DNA of 61,390 bases, filler included, from Choristocarpus tenellus KU-1152 (lineage: Eukaryota; Protista; Phaeophyceae), in assembly GCA_964200185.2 (NCBI GenBank). It is 12 parts of 12 records of this genome, joined end to end, with 100 filler letters (N's around TTAATTAATTAA, not from the genome) between each part and the next. Parts side by side here need not be neighbours in the genome. Positions count along the whole stretch, not along the records: positions 34,063 to 38,009 come from CAXNAD020016998.1; positions 38,110 to 44,436 come from CAXNAD020008383.1; positions 44,537 to 47,766 come from CAXNAD020021388.1; positions 47,867 to 55,845 come from CAXNAD020005311.1; 8 more parts are not named here. One strand, given 5' to 3'. Shown piece by piece: positions 37,901 to 50,956 of the stretch. Position 1 is the first letter of the stretch; every line of letters begins with the position of its first letter. The notes beneath the pieces are model-generated. The model had not been told where the DNA came from and ran no database searches. It saw nothing but the letters and a program-made list of their open reading frames with translations. A program made the translations under genes and the position numbers.

Positions 37901-40900
37901 ACCCATGCATCACTCAGCTTCCTCTCAAATCTCATGCTGGGTGTGTCTCGACATCGCTTGGCAACAAGGCGCAAAGTATCTATCTGGGGGGGGGGGGGGG
38001 GGGGGGGGGNNNNNNNNNNNNNNNNNNNNNNNNNNNNNNNNNNNNNNNNNNNNTTAATTAATTAANNNNNNNNNNNNNNNNNNNNNNNNNNNNNNNNNNN
38101 NNNNNNNNNATAGAAGACCAACGAAATTGGTGGATGATGAAAATAATAAGAGAGCTTTTAGTGGCAACACTTATACCTCGCTTATGCCTCAGTCTATCTT
38201 TTGAACGAAATATTGAGTCAAGGTTTAAGGTAAGAAGCACTGAGTGGAATATCAAGAAGAGAAGGACATCTGACACCCTACAACTCGTTGTAAAAGGCAA
38301 CGCCCCCATAGCGTCGTTTTAAGGTCGTTGGATTTGAGTTGTACATCCTGGAAAGGTGAGCATTGAGGGGCGCCTGTAACAATTGTATCCACATAAATAG
38401 TAGTTTTGTTCATATAGCTTTGGTTTCTGTATCCCCCTTGTAGCACAAACACCTGCAAAATGTCTGAGGGCATAAATAATATACATTATCACATCCACCA
38501 CCTTGGAGAATAAAATATCATAGCCCCTAGTCTGCAACAAAGATATACAACAGTATCTTACTATCATGGCACCATTCGCAAGAGAACGTTGTGACGATGT
38601 GTACACTCTCTAAGATTGAGTCAAATCAACTGAGAGGCAGGTAGATTTGGACTCTTTTGCATTCTAGGCCATCTGTCTTACCCTAGTGCAATACACCCTG
38701 TTTCATTGCTTTGTGTGCACAATAGTGTACGCAAAATTGAAATTCCCCCCTTCCACACACAAAGTGACACCACAATTAAGCTAAGGCTCTTTCTGCAATT
38801 GTACCAAAAGACGTCTCTTTGCCTTTTCCAAAGATCCTTAAAATGCAAGGTTTCCCTGCATATCTCTCACTTGGTTTGGCTCAATTGTATCCTCCCACAG
38901 AGGACAAATCAGAGTGGGGAGAGTGGTCACCAACGGGTTCCTCATCAAGAGTAGGCCCTGTTGGACATTTCAGTGCCAGCAATTCGTCAAGCATACAACC
39001 CTAGCGTGGGTCAAAACGGAGAGGCATTCCCTACGATGATGGCATTGATCATTTTTTATAGGCAAACACGACTTCCTACGACGTATTTACACCTACATCT
39101 ACAATACGACTTCATGTTTATTACTTCCAGGCAACTTTTTTTTGCAAGTGAAAATATCGTCACTGTTGTTCTCAAAAAAGTTGCTGTTCGACAATCTGCC
39201 ACTCTCACTAAAAGGACGTTACGTATTAGTATTTTAGAGTGTATAGTATATTTGAGTTTGAGACAGATTTTTTGCCTACTAAAAACTTGTACTGAACGGT
39301 GTTAGAGCCAACATACTGTACAGTAGTACGTGTTAGTAGTAGTATTAGTATCAAAAATATACATCCATTAAGCTCACTGTCATTTTGCAGAGCCTAACAC
39401 CATTCTGAACACGAAATTAGTGCGTGGGTGTAACAATCTGTCTTGTAAGCTACTTTTCTAACTCTCAAAAACACTATCATTATATTGAATGTAACAGATT
39501 GTTAAGTTAGCCAAAAATGTCAGGAGCATCTTTAGAAGCATTATTTTTTATGATGATGATGAGTAGTAGACTTGACTAAAAAAAGGTGGCTGACTAGAGG
39601 ACGGATGAAGTCGTAATATTGTAGACACATAGGTGTTTCCCTATCAGGTTTTATCAACTAAGGTTTCTCCCTTTTGACCTGCACTAGGGTTGTGCTTGAC
39701 AGATTGCTGGAATTGACATGTCCAACAGGGCCTGTTCTTGACAAGGACACTGTTCGTGCACCCCCCCCCCCCTCAACATATATACACACTGATTCGTCGT
39801 GTACGATGATATTATTTTAGCGAGGGGACATATTGCCACCGTTGGTATTGCATTTTCCATTCATGCACACAACATCACGTTTGTTCTGAACACTGTTAAT
39901 TTTAATTGTATCTTAGGACTGGATACTGTTGCAAGAACTCGTGGAAATTTGTGCCCGAGCTCGATCCTCAATTGAGACATATTGTTAAGTGCTGAAAAAT
40001 GTGTGTCAGTAGTTAGGATGTGGTCAGTATCGCGGACTACACAACAAGAAGTCAGCAAATGCTGGGTAGAGTGCGGAAATAGCGATGGCTTAGGGTTAAC
40101 GCAAAGTAGAGTGATCGAGAGAAGAAAGCACCTAATGCAACAGAGGGAAGAGTGGTCAACGATCGGTGGGATAGCTGAACTAAGGAAGTGAGAAGCAAGG
40201 CACATGCCAGAAGTTGAAGCTATTGAAGGGTATTGTTGTGCAGCTATCACAGTTTGTCCAATTGCAGCCACCATGGGTCTTAGGCTGGTCCATTCTAACA
40301 GTAGTTGTGGTGAGAGTGCAAAGGATACTAACCCTCCACCACAACTAACCTTCATCAATGTTGGGTTACTGAGTAGGTCAGTTTTCCACAGCAGGGTATG
40401 CCATCCCCAATACCCTCGTCCAGATCACCATGAAGAACTGCTTAAGAGATATCTAGGCGATCCAATTATCAACGGGAGCAGCATGACAAAGAGGGGAGGT
40501 CGAAGACTATCATGGAGGGCAGCAGCCAGATAGAAAATAAGCATGATATCTTAGATGTTAGTGTGTTGTCATATTTAGCCTCCCTAGTATATGAAACAAC
40601 AACTGCCACGCGGCACCTCTTAAAATTACATTATCATTCAAATATCATCAATATTATCTCCTCTCGCGGCACCTTCTTTGTCCTGAAACACTCATGTCAG
40701 TGGAGCAAGGGAAGAGTATACTGGATGCCGTGCATGGATGTTTACCGTAACGAAAATTCAAGTACAAGCCCCAAATCATGGCCTCTTTAAGATAATATAC
40801 CTCAGATATACTTGGCCCTGGAAAGGTAAGCTGAAGACCAAGCGAGTCTAACAGTACACTAGCGGCACATGACAACATATTTTGTGCTGGAGGCGGACAC

Positions 40901-41967
40901 CCTTACAAACCAGTGCAACTCGCTGTAGAATCCACTGCTATCAGATTTGATGTCACAAGGTGAGGGGTGGGTAGAAGAAGCAGGGTGACAGCATTTAGGT
41001 TCTACATGTGGATCCCTATCTATGTGGGCGAAGTACTATTTGGTCCATGCCACGCATGATCATCAGGGTGGGCAGCCGCGCGACCTGAGGAAATTTAATC
41101 AACTGCCTTTCATGTTTTCATGTTTCTGGATGGGGAAGTGGCTGCCCAAAATATCCATACATTCTCTTCATTCCCGCTCGATATTGCACCATGGGCAGAA
41201 TGAGCACTGATACCACCATGTTGGGGTAGCTGGTTCCAGAACAGGGATACAAGAGGGGTGCCAATAAGTACTTAAAAAAAATTAGGTCTCTGTTTTATGT
41301 TTCCCTAGAGTGTTTACTTTCTTTTGTTTTGTTTTTTGTTCTGCATTTTACTGTGATGAGGCCTTGTCTGTCTTCCAAGGGAGAGGTGAAGGACCACCTG
41401 GAAGTGGTAACCATACATCGTGTCGCCTGAAGACTGGAGGGTTGACTCCTAGCAGACACCGTTTGTGCAGGTATTGCAAATTGGAAGAGGGGGGAAGAGG
41501 AAGGAGTGTCAGGGGAAGGATAAAACATGAACGCAACTTGCAGATCCTACTGATGGGACCAGGAACATCTTAGATGGACATCAGTTCAACCTGCCGGAGA
41601 TTGGGCTCATTGTTTTTTATGTTGCCGTAGGTCTGGGAGGGTACAATAGCTCTAGGCCTATAAATATATCTTCAAGTTCTATTTCTGCTCTCATTTCAAT
41701 ATCAGTGGAAAGCAAGAAAATTCCAGATTAGGTGGCAGTCAAACCGAAAAAATTCCATAATCTATAATTATCTCGATTGTTTGGATGTGGGACTGAAGGC
41801 AGGCTACCTTTATGACTGGGTAGGGTTCCAACCTAGTGAAACTTGTTGTGAGGATGCGGGGTGCTGGTACAACCGTAGGTTGACTCTGTCTCCACTGATC
41901 GTTACTTTGTGTCTGGAGCGCTTCTGAGTTACTCTTGTACAATTGAGCTTGTAGAGTTGTGTATGTA

Positions 41968-42146
41968 AGCTCAAAGTGTCTGGGGGGGGGGGGAGTTTAC
42001 ACCAGGGTGCCCATTCGGGCTTACAGGAGAAGTGCACTTACATTATCCATCCGACGCATGCAAGCAAATCACTCAAAAATCGTGACATGGAGAAATTGGT
42101 CCAGAATGGACAGTCGCCACCTCCCCCCCCCCAGATACTTTGAGCA
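41968..42146. mobile_element. MITE family A
   Basis: AGCTCAAAGTGTCTG(n)...CCCAGATACTTTGAGC. Confidence 0.9.
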
Positions 42147-44298
42147 CAGGGACTGAGTGCAAATGAGTGATTCAATTCAGAAAGTAACGTCCACTATCCA
42201 AGCCAATCATTATTTGGAGGAAAGGGGATAGGGGAAGTGGAATGTGGTTGTTGGTGATTGTACCACTGAGAGGTACTCCACATTCATATCTTTGTTGACC
42301 CCTCATTATCTTTCATTCTGAGGAAATCTGTTTGTTTGCGTTTTTTTCTGAATGCAGTATGTATTTTTGTTAATTTATCATTTCCTTGACTGTTGTACTT
42401 TGACATACCTCCAGGCATATCGAGTGTTGATTATGATATTTTGTCTGTCACTTACAATTGAGTCAGAGAGTACATCAAGCATCTGAATAGTCATGTTACC
42501 ATAGTGCAGTTTGTTTTGGGTTCAGTTTTGGCTGTTTGGGCAGTTTTCGGTCAAGTCCTACTGTACTTTAACAGTATGGCTCCATTTGAGAGTTGCAAGC
42601 GTTACGACTACTCCTCCCTGAGTGGCCGCGCTTTTCAAGGATTCGGATATATATCTAGGGTTAGGGTACGGATTAGGGAGATAAGACCCTCTGCACAGTG
42701 CTTCTCTTGTCAGATAATTTGCTTTTGAAGGGTCTCAAGGGGACTGTACTAGAGCAGGGGATATTGGAGGGATCAGCTCTACAGTGATCATCCAATGACA
42801 AACAAGAGACCACCGGCACCTTCAGTGGAATTGGGAGACAGTCTCATTTACTAGGCAGTGCTTTGGGGGAGTAAAAAGAGAGGGATAGGCCTTGCAGGAG
42901 CGGATACTCTCTGGGGTCTGGATTACAGAAGTGTGGGCACCGATTGACTTTAGTGTAAGGTTATACTATTGATTTTACATGCTCCCCTCATCGGAAGCAT
43001 GTGTTGTAGAATATAGAAGAAACAGTCAGCGAGGGAAATGAAGGTGGACCCTCGCCAACCCCTCCTGTAAACTTGAGACCAACAGCCAGGGTAACTGGTA
43101 CTCCCTTGTGACTGACAGAAAAAAATGCAACCTAACAGAATATGATTGAGGGAAAATAATGCAAGAAGCAAAAAAAAAAATCCAGTACCACACAAGAGTC
43201 ACGGGAGAGGGGGCTGACAAAAAATATCACAAAGAGATGCAGTGTGAGGCATTAAGTGCTATTTTAGGCCACTCGAGCTTATTGCCACAAATGACAGCGG
43301 ACAGTCATATACAGACAGCAAGTGGAGTATTTTTAGCAACTGGATCAAGACACTGAGTTAACCTCCCACGGGGTGCTGCAGAAGAAAAAGATAAAAGTAC
43401 ATAATGCTGAAGAAGTGCCAAAGATACCTGAAATGCATGTAATAATGGGGAAGAAATCTTCTGCTTGTTCCGAATGGTGGTGTTGAATGAAACAAAACAC
43501 ACAATAAACGCTATCTCCCACGGGCACATCATTGCAGTGCCTAGACCATTCGTACTGCAGTTGTAGCCAACATCCCACTTCTGAGTAAGCAATACCTACG
43601 GATCCCCTTTCCAACATCTGTGTTCCTTGTTTTCGTGCTGTAGTCCAATGCTTCAACAGGGAGACGTACTACTATGCGTATATCCACGGGGCTACAAAAA
43701 CGCCTCCAATCCAATCTCTTTCCGCCCATAAATAGCTGCATTGATTATAGTAGGTTGCTCGTTTGGAAACATGACGGACCGCGATCGATTGCACTGCTAT
43801 AAATAGGCTTCAGGTAAGTGTGTGCGATAGAATGTTTTGTTATATTTTTCGCTTTCAAAAGCAGGAGACCGAATTCGCCTCCCGTTTCGCAAGGCTTGAT
43901 ACTATTGAAAAATTGAACCCACTCTATGCACCACAGTGCGTATCTAATGTCATGGTACGTAGCACATATGTAACAGTACATATCACCTCAGTCAAAGTAC
44001 TACTATATTTCAGATGCAAAGGGCTGCATCCTTTCTATACGACCCGAGAAGTCTCTCCTGATTTGAACACCACAGAAGAGGCAAGCGAGTTCCCAACCAA
44101 CAATAACTACTTCGAAGTATATTGCCTTTGCGTAAAAAATGTAACATGTTTGAGAAAGACATATCCACACGAGGCTCTGCCTACTCAATAGACCAATACT
44201 GAAATAACATTCAATACACTCTATCCACCCCCAGTCCCGTCCGCATTCACCAATGTACATGTATTCACATACATGTATAAACCAACTGGAAACGGACA

Positions 44299-44338
<40 letters not shown>

Positions 44339-44365
44339 TCAATTGCTCAACTCCCCGCTTCTTCA

Positions 44366-44581
44366 GGCTCAAAATATCTGGGGGGGGGGGGGGGTCTACA
44401 CCAGGGTGTCCATTCGGGCCCTGACGAGGAGAAGTGNNNNNNNNNNNNNNNNNNNNNNNNNNNNNNNNNNNNNNNNNNNNTTAATTAATTAANNNNNNNN
44501 NNNNNNNNNNNNNNNNNNNNNNNNNNNNNNNNNNNNGGTGAAAAACGGACGCCGACATCCCCCCCCAAGATACTTTGACCC
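44366..44581. mobile_element. MITE family A left end plus a related right end across a gap
   Basis: GGCTCAAAATATCTG(n) before the gap and CCCCAAGATACTTTGACCC after it (variant terminus, also seen at ~31156). Confidence 0.75.
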
Positions 44582-45007
44582 TCAAGGTAGTGGCCTGATG
44601 TTGTCCATTCCTAGTGGCAGGAAGTAGGTTGCAAAATTGGTTTTCAGTGGGACGATTGCATTCACATAACTTTCTGGGAACAACAAGTACGGACAGATGG
44701 GCAAAACTTGCCAGACGGCCAATGGTCAAGAAAAAAGGTCCATAATGAAATGTTTCGTCGAAATTACAAAAGGTGTTCTTCTCGGCACTTCTAAAGTGCT
44801 CTCGGTCTGCTTCAATTCTAACATGCTTGCAGGTAGAAGTGCACTTTTCCTGAGCTATTTCCTCATTTGTACCATTGTGTTTGGGGGGTGGGGTAACGCA
44901 CGTGCAGTATGGAAAACATAAAGTAAAATGTCTATGCAGTTCTATCGAAATAGGTTCACACGCACAAATGATTCAGTGTAGAGATGGTCACACCACGAAG
45001 ACATCAC

Positions 45008-45266
45008 GAGCCAAAATATCTTAGAGGGTAGAGCTGCGTCCATTTGGGGTCCATAATCCAATTCGGCGATTTTGATGTAATTTTGACTATTGTGTTCGTT
45101 AGGAAGAGTCAATATCCAAGTTCCCGACACACCTTTTCATAACGTATACATTTTACCTACTCCGAAACATTTTGGAGTAGGAAAATGCTATTAAAAAAAA
45201 CATGGGAAGCCAAGCCCCAAATGGACAAACAGGGCAAAACTCGTACCCCCTAAGATACTTTCACTT
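45008..45266. mobile_element. MITE family B, 4-bp TSD TCAC
   Basis: Full TIRs; TCAC at 45004-07 and 45267-70. Confidence 0.92.
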
Positions 45267-45803
45267 TCACAACACAATGCTGTTGTTGCTTCACTGCCGC
45301 CTCAAGAGGAGCTTTGCTCAAGTCAAGGACATCTTCAATTTGTTTGTAGAGTTGTCTTTCCATAAAAATCTATATATGATCGTTGAAGAAAAGTCTCAGT
45401 GTCACACATAATTCATGCACGGCCTGTCACCACTATTGTGCATATGGTCAATGAATGGAGGTAGTTCAATTGTAGCATCATTTTCAAGGTCACAAATGCA
45501 CTACAAAGGAAAAAGTAAGTTTGCGATGAAATAAATCATTATCATCATGGCTGCCATAGGTTGACGGAACCTTGACTCACAACTTCATAGTGGTAAAGAA
45601 AGCTTAGGCTACCGTGCTTGGTCGCCAAAATTTAGCAAAATTAAACCATACTTGCTGCCCACGTCCTAAAGATAAAATACTACTATGGCAACATACTACC
45701 CTAGGGATGGAGAATACTTTTGCTGCATCAATGGTTACACAACAACCACACCCTACCCCCCTGTTGTATGCTATATTGCTGGCATACATGCTTGTACAGA
45801 TGA

Positions 45804-45979
45804 GACCCAAAGTATCTGGAGGGGGGGGGGTCTACACCAGGGTGTCCATCTGGGCCATGACCAGGAAAAGTGCACTTGCATTATCCATCTGATGTATGCA
45901 ATCAAATCACAAAAAAATTGTAACATGAAAAAATTGACCCCGAATGGACAGCCGCCACCACCCCCAGATTATTTGAGCC
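45804..45979. mobile_element. MITE family A, flanking repeat TGA
   Basis: Full TIRs. Confidence 0.9.
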
Positions 45980-46054
45980 TGAAGCAATATCCGAGGTAAC
46001 CATTGTTGATGCAAGCTCTCAACTCTGTGAGGCCAGGACGAGATCACCACAACT

Positions 46055-46230
46055 GACCCAAAGTATCTGGGGGGGGGGGGGGGGGGTCTACACCAGGGTG
46101 TCCATTTGGGCCAAAATCAGGAAAAGTACATTATCCATCCAATGTATGCAACCAAAGCACAAAAATCGAGACATGAAAAAATTGACCCCAAATGGACAGC
46201 CACCACCACCACCCCCAGATTCTTAGAGCC
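46055..46230. mobile_element. MITE family A, flanking repeat ACT
   Basis: Full TIRs, 75 bp from the previous copy. Confidence 0.9.
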
Positions 46231-47573
46231 ACTGCACACAATGAAATGTTATATTTTACCACAGGAACAGATGACACGCCAAGCATTGTCCTTGTATTAA
46301 AAGGACATTAACTCAACAAAGTATTCAAAACGAAAATTTTACCCTGGTCGCTCTCACACTGAAGGGAGGCCGGCAGCCCAATATGCTGGGGTGGGAGCAG
46401 GCCCTCATAGTTGTGAGGATAAATCCACCCTCCTGGGTCATGGTAGGCCAGGTGACCTTGGTGACCCTGCAGCAACTGCAATCTGCTCGGACCAAGTGTG
46501 GAGAAAAGGCCTGGGTGTTGGGGCACCCACCCTGTGCCTCCCTGGAGGCAGTACATCTGACTGCATGCATTCAGCTTGCATGGGTTATGCCCGTTCGATA
46601 AGCATGGGGTGGGTAGCTGTAGTAGTGTGGCCAATGCTAAAGACAGGGCAAATGGGCATGGTAATTGATGTTGAAAAGAAGAAGATTCCAATGTGTTTGT
46701 GGGTGGATTATGCCGCTTCACATCTTTTGATGAGGTTTCTTCACCAGCACTCAAACAGTACTTTGTCACTTAGTTTTTTTTTTGTTCTTAGAGGGTCTTC
46801 ACTGGTGCTGGAGCAACAAGTAGCACATTGCCCTTCAAGTTAATACCATTGGGCAGTATCGAGCAACCACAATTTGTGATGCCATACGTTCCTTAGATAG
46901 ATATCCTGGGTCAACCAGTTCTAGGACATCCTCTCTAAACAGGGATTGTTCTTCTTTGTGATGTATCTGAGTACAAGATGGGTGCATGAAAAGCTGGTGT
47001 TGCTGCGGATGGAATCACATGCAGGATGCACGGGGTGGCTTGCACTCCAGTGATAAATTGAAGGGGTGCATATCTATGTCCAAATTGAACTCGCACTGTT
47101 GTCAAAGAGTTCTTTCTGATGATGCACCTGAGCGCCAGGGTGTAGGTCACAACAAGCACATATATCGGAATCGAGGAAAGGACCAACAGAGGTGTGAAAT
47201 AGTAACTCTAATTCTAACCCTAATGAGTGGGGAGTACGGTTGACTGGAATGGATACGTCTAGTACACTAGAAACTTCAAACTATTAATGAAGGATGCAAG
47301 TATACTTCAGCCTCAGTTTTCAAACTAGGGAAGGTGCGAATGAATATACTTCAAACTTGAAGTTATACACTAGGTGCGGGATTGGACAGGGTATTTATTG
47401 CATTTCTTGAGGCTTAAGTCGAGCATAGCAGCACTTGGGATGCAAGGGGCTGTGGCACTCTGGTGGAGATAATTGGACAGTCGCCACCCCCCCCAGATAC
47501 ATTGAGCCTGTACTTAAATCAAACAGATAAGGATGAGGTCACCCCACAGGAAGTTGAAGATGAAACAGAACAG

Positions 47574-47766
47574 GAGTGAATGTATCTTAGAGGGTACGAG
47601 TTTTACCCAGTTTGTCCATTTGGGACTTGACTTCCCACGGTATTTTTATGACATTTTCCTACTCCGAAACATTTCGGAGTAGGTAAAATGTATATATTAT
47701 GAAAAGGTGCGTCCGGAACAAGGGTATTGACACTTCCTAACAAACACGATAGCCAAAACTACATCA
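47574..47766. mobile_element. MITE family B truncated by a gap (a family-A right-end relic precedes it at ~47470-47508)
   Basis: GAGTGAATGTATCTTAGAGGGTACGAG plus the internal hairpin. Confidence 0.85.
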
Positions 47767-48970
47767 NNNNNNNNNNNNNNNNNNNNNNNNNNNNNNNNNN
47801 NNNNNNNNNNTTAATTAATTAANNNNNNNNNNNNNNNNNNNNNNNNNNNNNNNNNNNNNNNNNNNNCCCATTCCGACCATTCATTCATCACCCTCTGCAA
47901 CTACCCAAGTTACAGTTTATTCTGCAACTTTCTGGCAAATCGGAGTTCCCCCTTTTGGGGTTCCCCACGCGCGAATACTGCTCGCGCTTGTTAAAGCGCG
48001 GGAAGAAATACTCGTGCTATTCGCCTGTAACAGATACGCTTTGTCAGTTCCCATTGGATACCAGTGTCAAAAAGACTTGACAGAATGAGGAAGGAGGGTT
48101 TTCTTTATTGTAGGAGACGCAACAGGGTATTGTCAAGGATCTAGAGGAGAAACGACCCTAGAATGTTTACACAAAGGCAACAAATAGAACGGTAGTAGAT
48201 TGATGACTGGTTTCTAGAACCTACACAGACCCAATGTCAACATTGATGCGAGGATGTATTTGTAACATTGTTTTTGAGAGAACTAGCAGAAGGCTTTCTC
48301 TAGTTTCAGAGAAGTAGATTTTGAGGGTGTATAGTGTCTGCGCAGCAGGGGAGAGTGTTCGTGGATAGTGCTGCTGATACACTATAGACACCACCAGTGG
48401 AGGAGATTAGGAAAGATCAAGGCAGATACGTGTTTCCATATGTTTCAGTTGAGCTTTACCCAAGGTTCATGTATTGTAGGGACCTGATATTTCATATATG
48501 GTACATATGATGTGGACATAGTAATTCCATTCTGATTATCCATGCGGACGTTGCAATCCCGCATGGTAGTCTGCACCTGTCTCACCCCATAAGTTCAGTC
48601 AGCGGAATTGAGACCATAAACCCCTTGTAACCATTACTATTGTGTATTTACACCAAGGCACATAACTGTGGTTCCAGGGTGGAATATTTCAACGTCTATT
48701 TTATGTCTGTAAAATTTTATGTTAGCATATTGTTTTGCATCGAAAGGAAGAGTCTCCAAGGGCTTTATGGATATAGTGCACCAGAGTTTGAAGGAAAACT
48801 ATATCCAGTGTCTCTTGTGTATGTTTGATGGTGAGGCACGAGTCTCTCTGTACCAACGACATCCTATTAATGTGACTTCTCGATAATGTTTTGTAGAAAA
48901 ATATGTTTGGAAAATACCCTCTGTGGTTTTGACTGGTCTATGCTAATGGAAAGGCCTCCAATAGACATTA

Positions 48971-49229
48971 GGGTGAAAGTATCTTAGAGGGTACGAGTTT
49001 TGCCCTGTTTGTCCATTTGGGGCTTGGCTTCCCACGCGTATATTATTACATTTTACCTACCCCGAAACGTTTCAGAGTAGGTTGTATATATACGTCATCA
49101 AAATGTGTGTCTGGAACAAGGATATTGATACTTCCTAACAAGTACAATAGCCAAAACTACATCAAAATCGCAACATTAGATTTTGGCCCCCAAATGGACG
49201 CGGATCTACCCTCTAAGATAATTTGACTC
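48971..49229. mobile_element. MITE family B, 4-bp TSD ATTA
   Basis: Full TIRs; ATTA on both flanks. Confidence 0.92.
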
Positions 49230-49339
49230 ATTACCTTTCGAGTACTCTGTGTTGGAGTTTTTCACTTATCATTAACTCAAAACACGGAATGAGGGTCATG
49301 AGGTATGAGTGTCATTGTGCTGTAACTAATGTTAGGGCA

Positions 49340-49720
49340 ATGTTTAAAGGATTTTCTTGGGAAGGGTTCCCCACCTAGCTGGATCCCGAGGTAGGGTCCT
49401 GTAATGACCTTCACATTCGATCGGCTTTGTCTATATTTGTTCAAGAAGAGGTGCTCCCTTCCCCAGACTAGTGCAACTGCCTGATAATAGCATGGAAGCG
49501 GAACCTTATGCTTATCGATGGGTGCATGCTACAGGCAATTGTTCCGTATGGGTTTTTGTCTTGAGGAATAGTTGTGATTAGGGCATTATCATGCCATGGG
49601 GGTTATACCAAGCAGGGCATATTGACCAACGTGCTATCAAACGGTTCTCAAATTGCAACTACTTTTGAGTCGTCATTGAATGGTCTCGACTCGGTCTATC
49701 CTTACACCTCTGAAGCGTAT
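49340..49720 (-). pseudogene. Highly decayed Gypsy-like RT-connection/RNase H relic
   Basis: TLVNMPCLV, LPVACTHR and VALVWGREHL...VKVITG approximate the L...P.L, PVAY.SR and ALVW...HF...F.V.TD motifs in the expected order. Confidence 0.35.
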
Positions 49721-50956
49721 CTGATAGCACAAGTTGAGCGTTCCAGTGGTATTTGTCCAGGCTACTCATCATGGAATAATCTTGTACCTGGATCCTTGAG
49801 CAGGTCCAGCGATTTTTGTGGTACAGTGACAGATAGGATAGTATGAGTGTACAATCTATTGTGCTTCCCACATGCAGTGGACATGGTGCAGATATGCCAG
49901 AAAAAGGTTAGGCTGGGTGTCAGCCATGGTCCCGACATGTAAGAAAAATGTTTGGCTGGTTGGCGGGTGGACACTGACCCGATACAATTTCGCATTGGAT
50001 ATGGTCCTGGAATATTAGAGAATGCTAGACCTGGTCCGATCGGAAGATATGAGTCGGTACAATACCCAATGGACATGGTTCGGTCATGTCAGAGAATGTT
50101 TGAGCGGTTCTGGGGGGCAACATGTAGTAGTTTAACACTTAATAGACATGGACCGGGACATCTAAAAAAATCGTTGAACCAGTCTGACCGGCAGACGGGA
50201 CCATTTTAATTTGCCTGTCGAGTGAAAAGTCCTGCAATTAACTGTTTGCCGATCTTGATGGCTCCTGGATCAAAGTATCTGGGAGGGGGGGGGGGCTAGT
50301 TGTTCCTTTAGGGTCCATTTTTCCATGTCACGATTTTAGGGTTAGTTGCTTGCATGTGTGGGATTGACAGTGTATTTTGTAGATACGTGCGCATGTACGT
50401 AGTTTTAGTTGGGTTAGGGTTAGTACTGAAAAATATTCTTTCACTGCTCTGAGTGATTTTTTAATTTGGACTTTTATGGTGAAGTACCCATATTTGTGTG
50501 CTTTTCCTCAATAAGTAACTTACCCACACACAGTCCCTCCAAACAACCCCACACCAAGAACACAACGCATGACCACATCACCCATCACCTGCATCTACCA
50601 CCAACTCAGCTCTCTGCAGCTGACCCACCTACCGTCCACCAATCCATACAACCCCAACCCCTGATCACACCATCAACCTACATTTTACCCAAACCACACC
50701 CTCCACAGACCCAACACAAACCACTCCCACACCTCCCAACACCCCACACATACACACCACCCACCCTTAAAAACCTAACCACTTCTTCCACGTACTCAGT
50801 CTCAACCAACCTCATGCACCTTTCACGCACACAACAACCCAAGCCCAATTCTAGTGCACCACTTCACCTTGCACACTCCACAAACACCCTAGCCTCCTTG
50901 CTGGGGCATCCCATAAGTTGCCCCACCGCTGCCAAACTCACCAACCCTAAGGATTC

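Noticed and set aside
42655-42680. Interstitial telomeric TTAGGG repeats (also ~23206, ~50410)
   Set aside because: Only about 2 units each, too short to distinguish from chance or TE relics.
39861-43741. Multi-exon gene on the minus strand
   Set aside because: Several exon-like open segments, but I could not build a phase-consistent model or recognise a domain.
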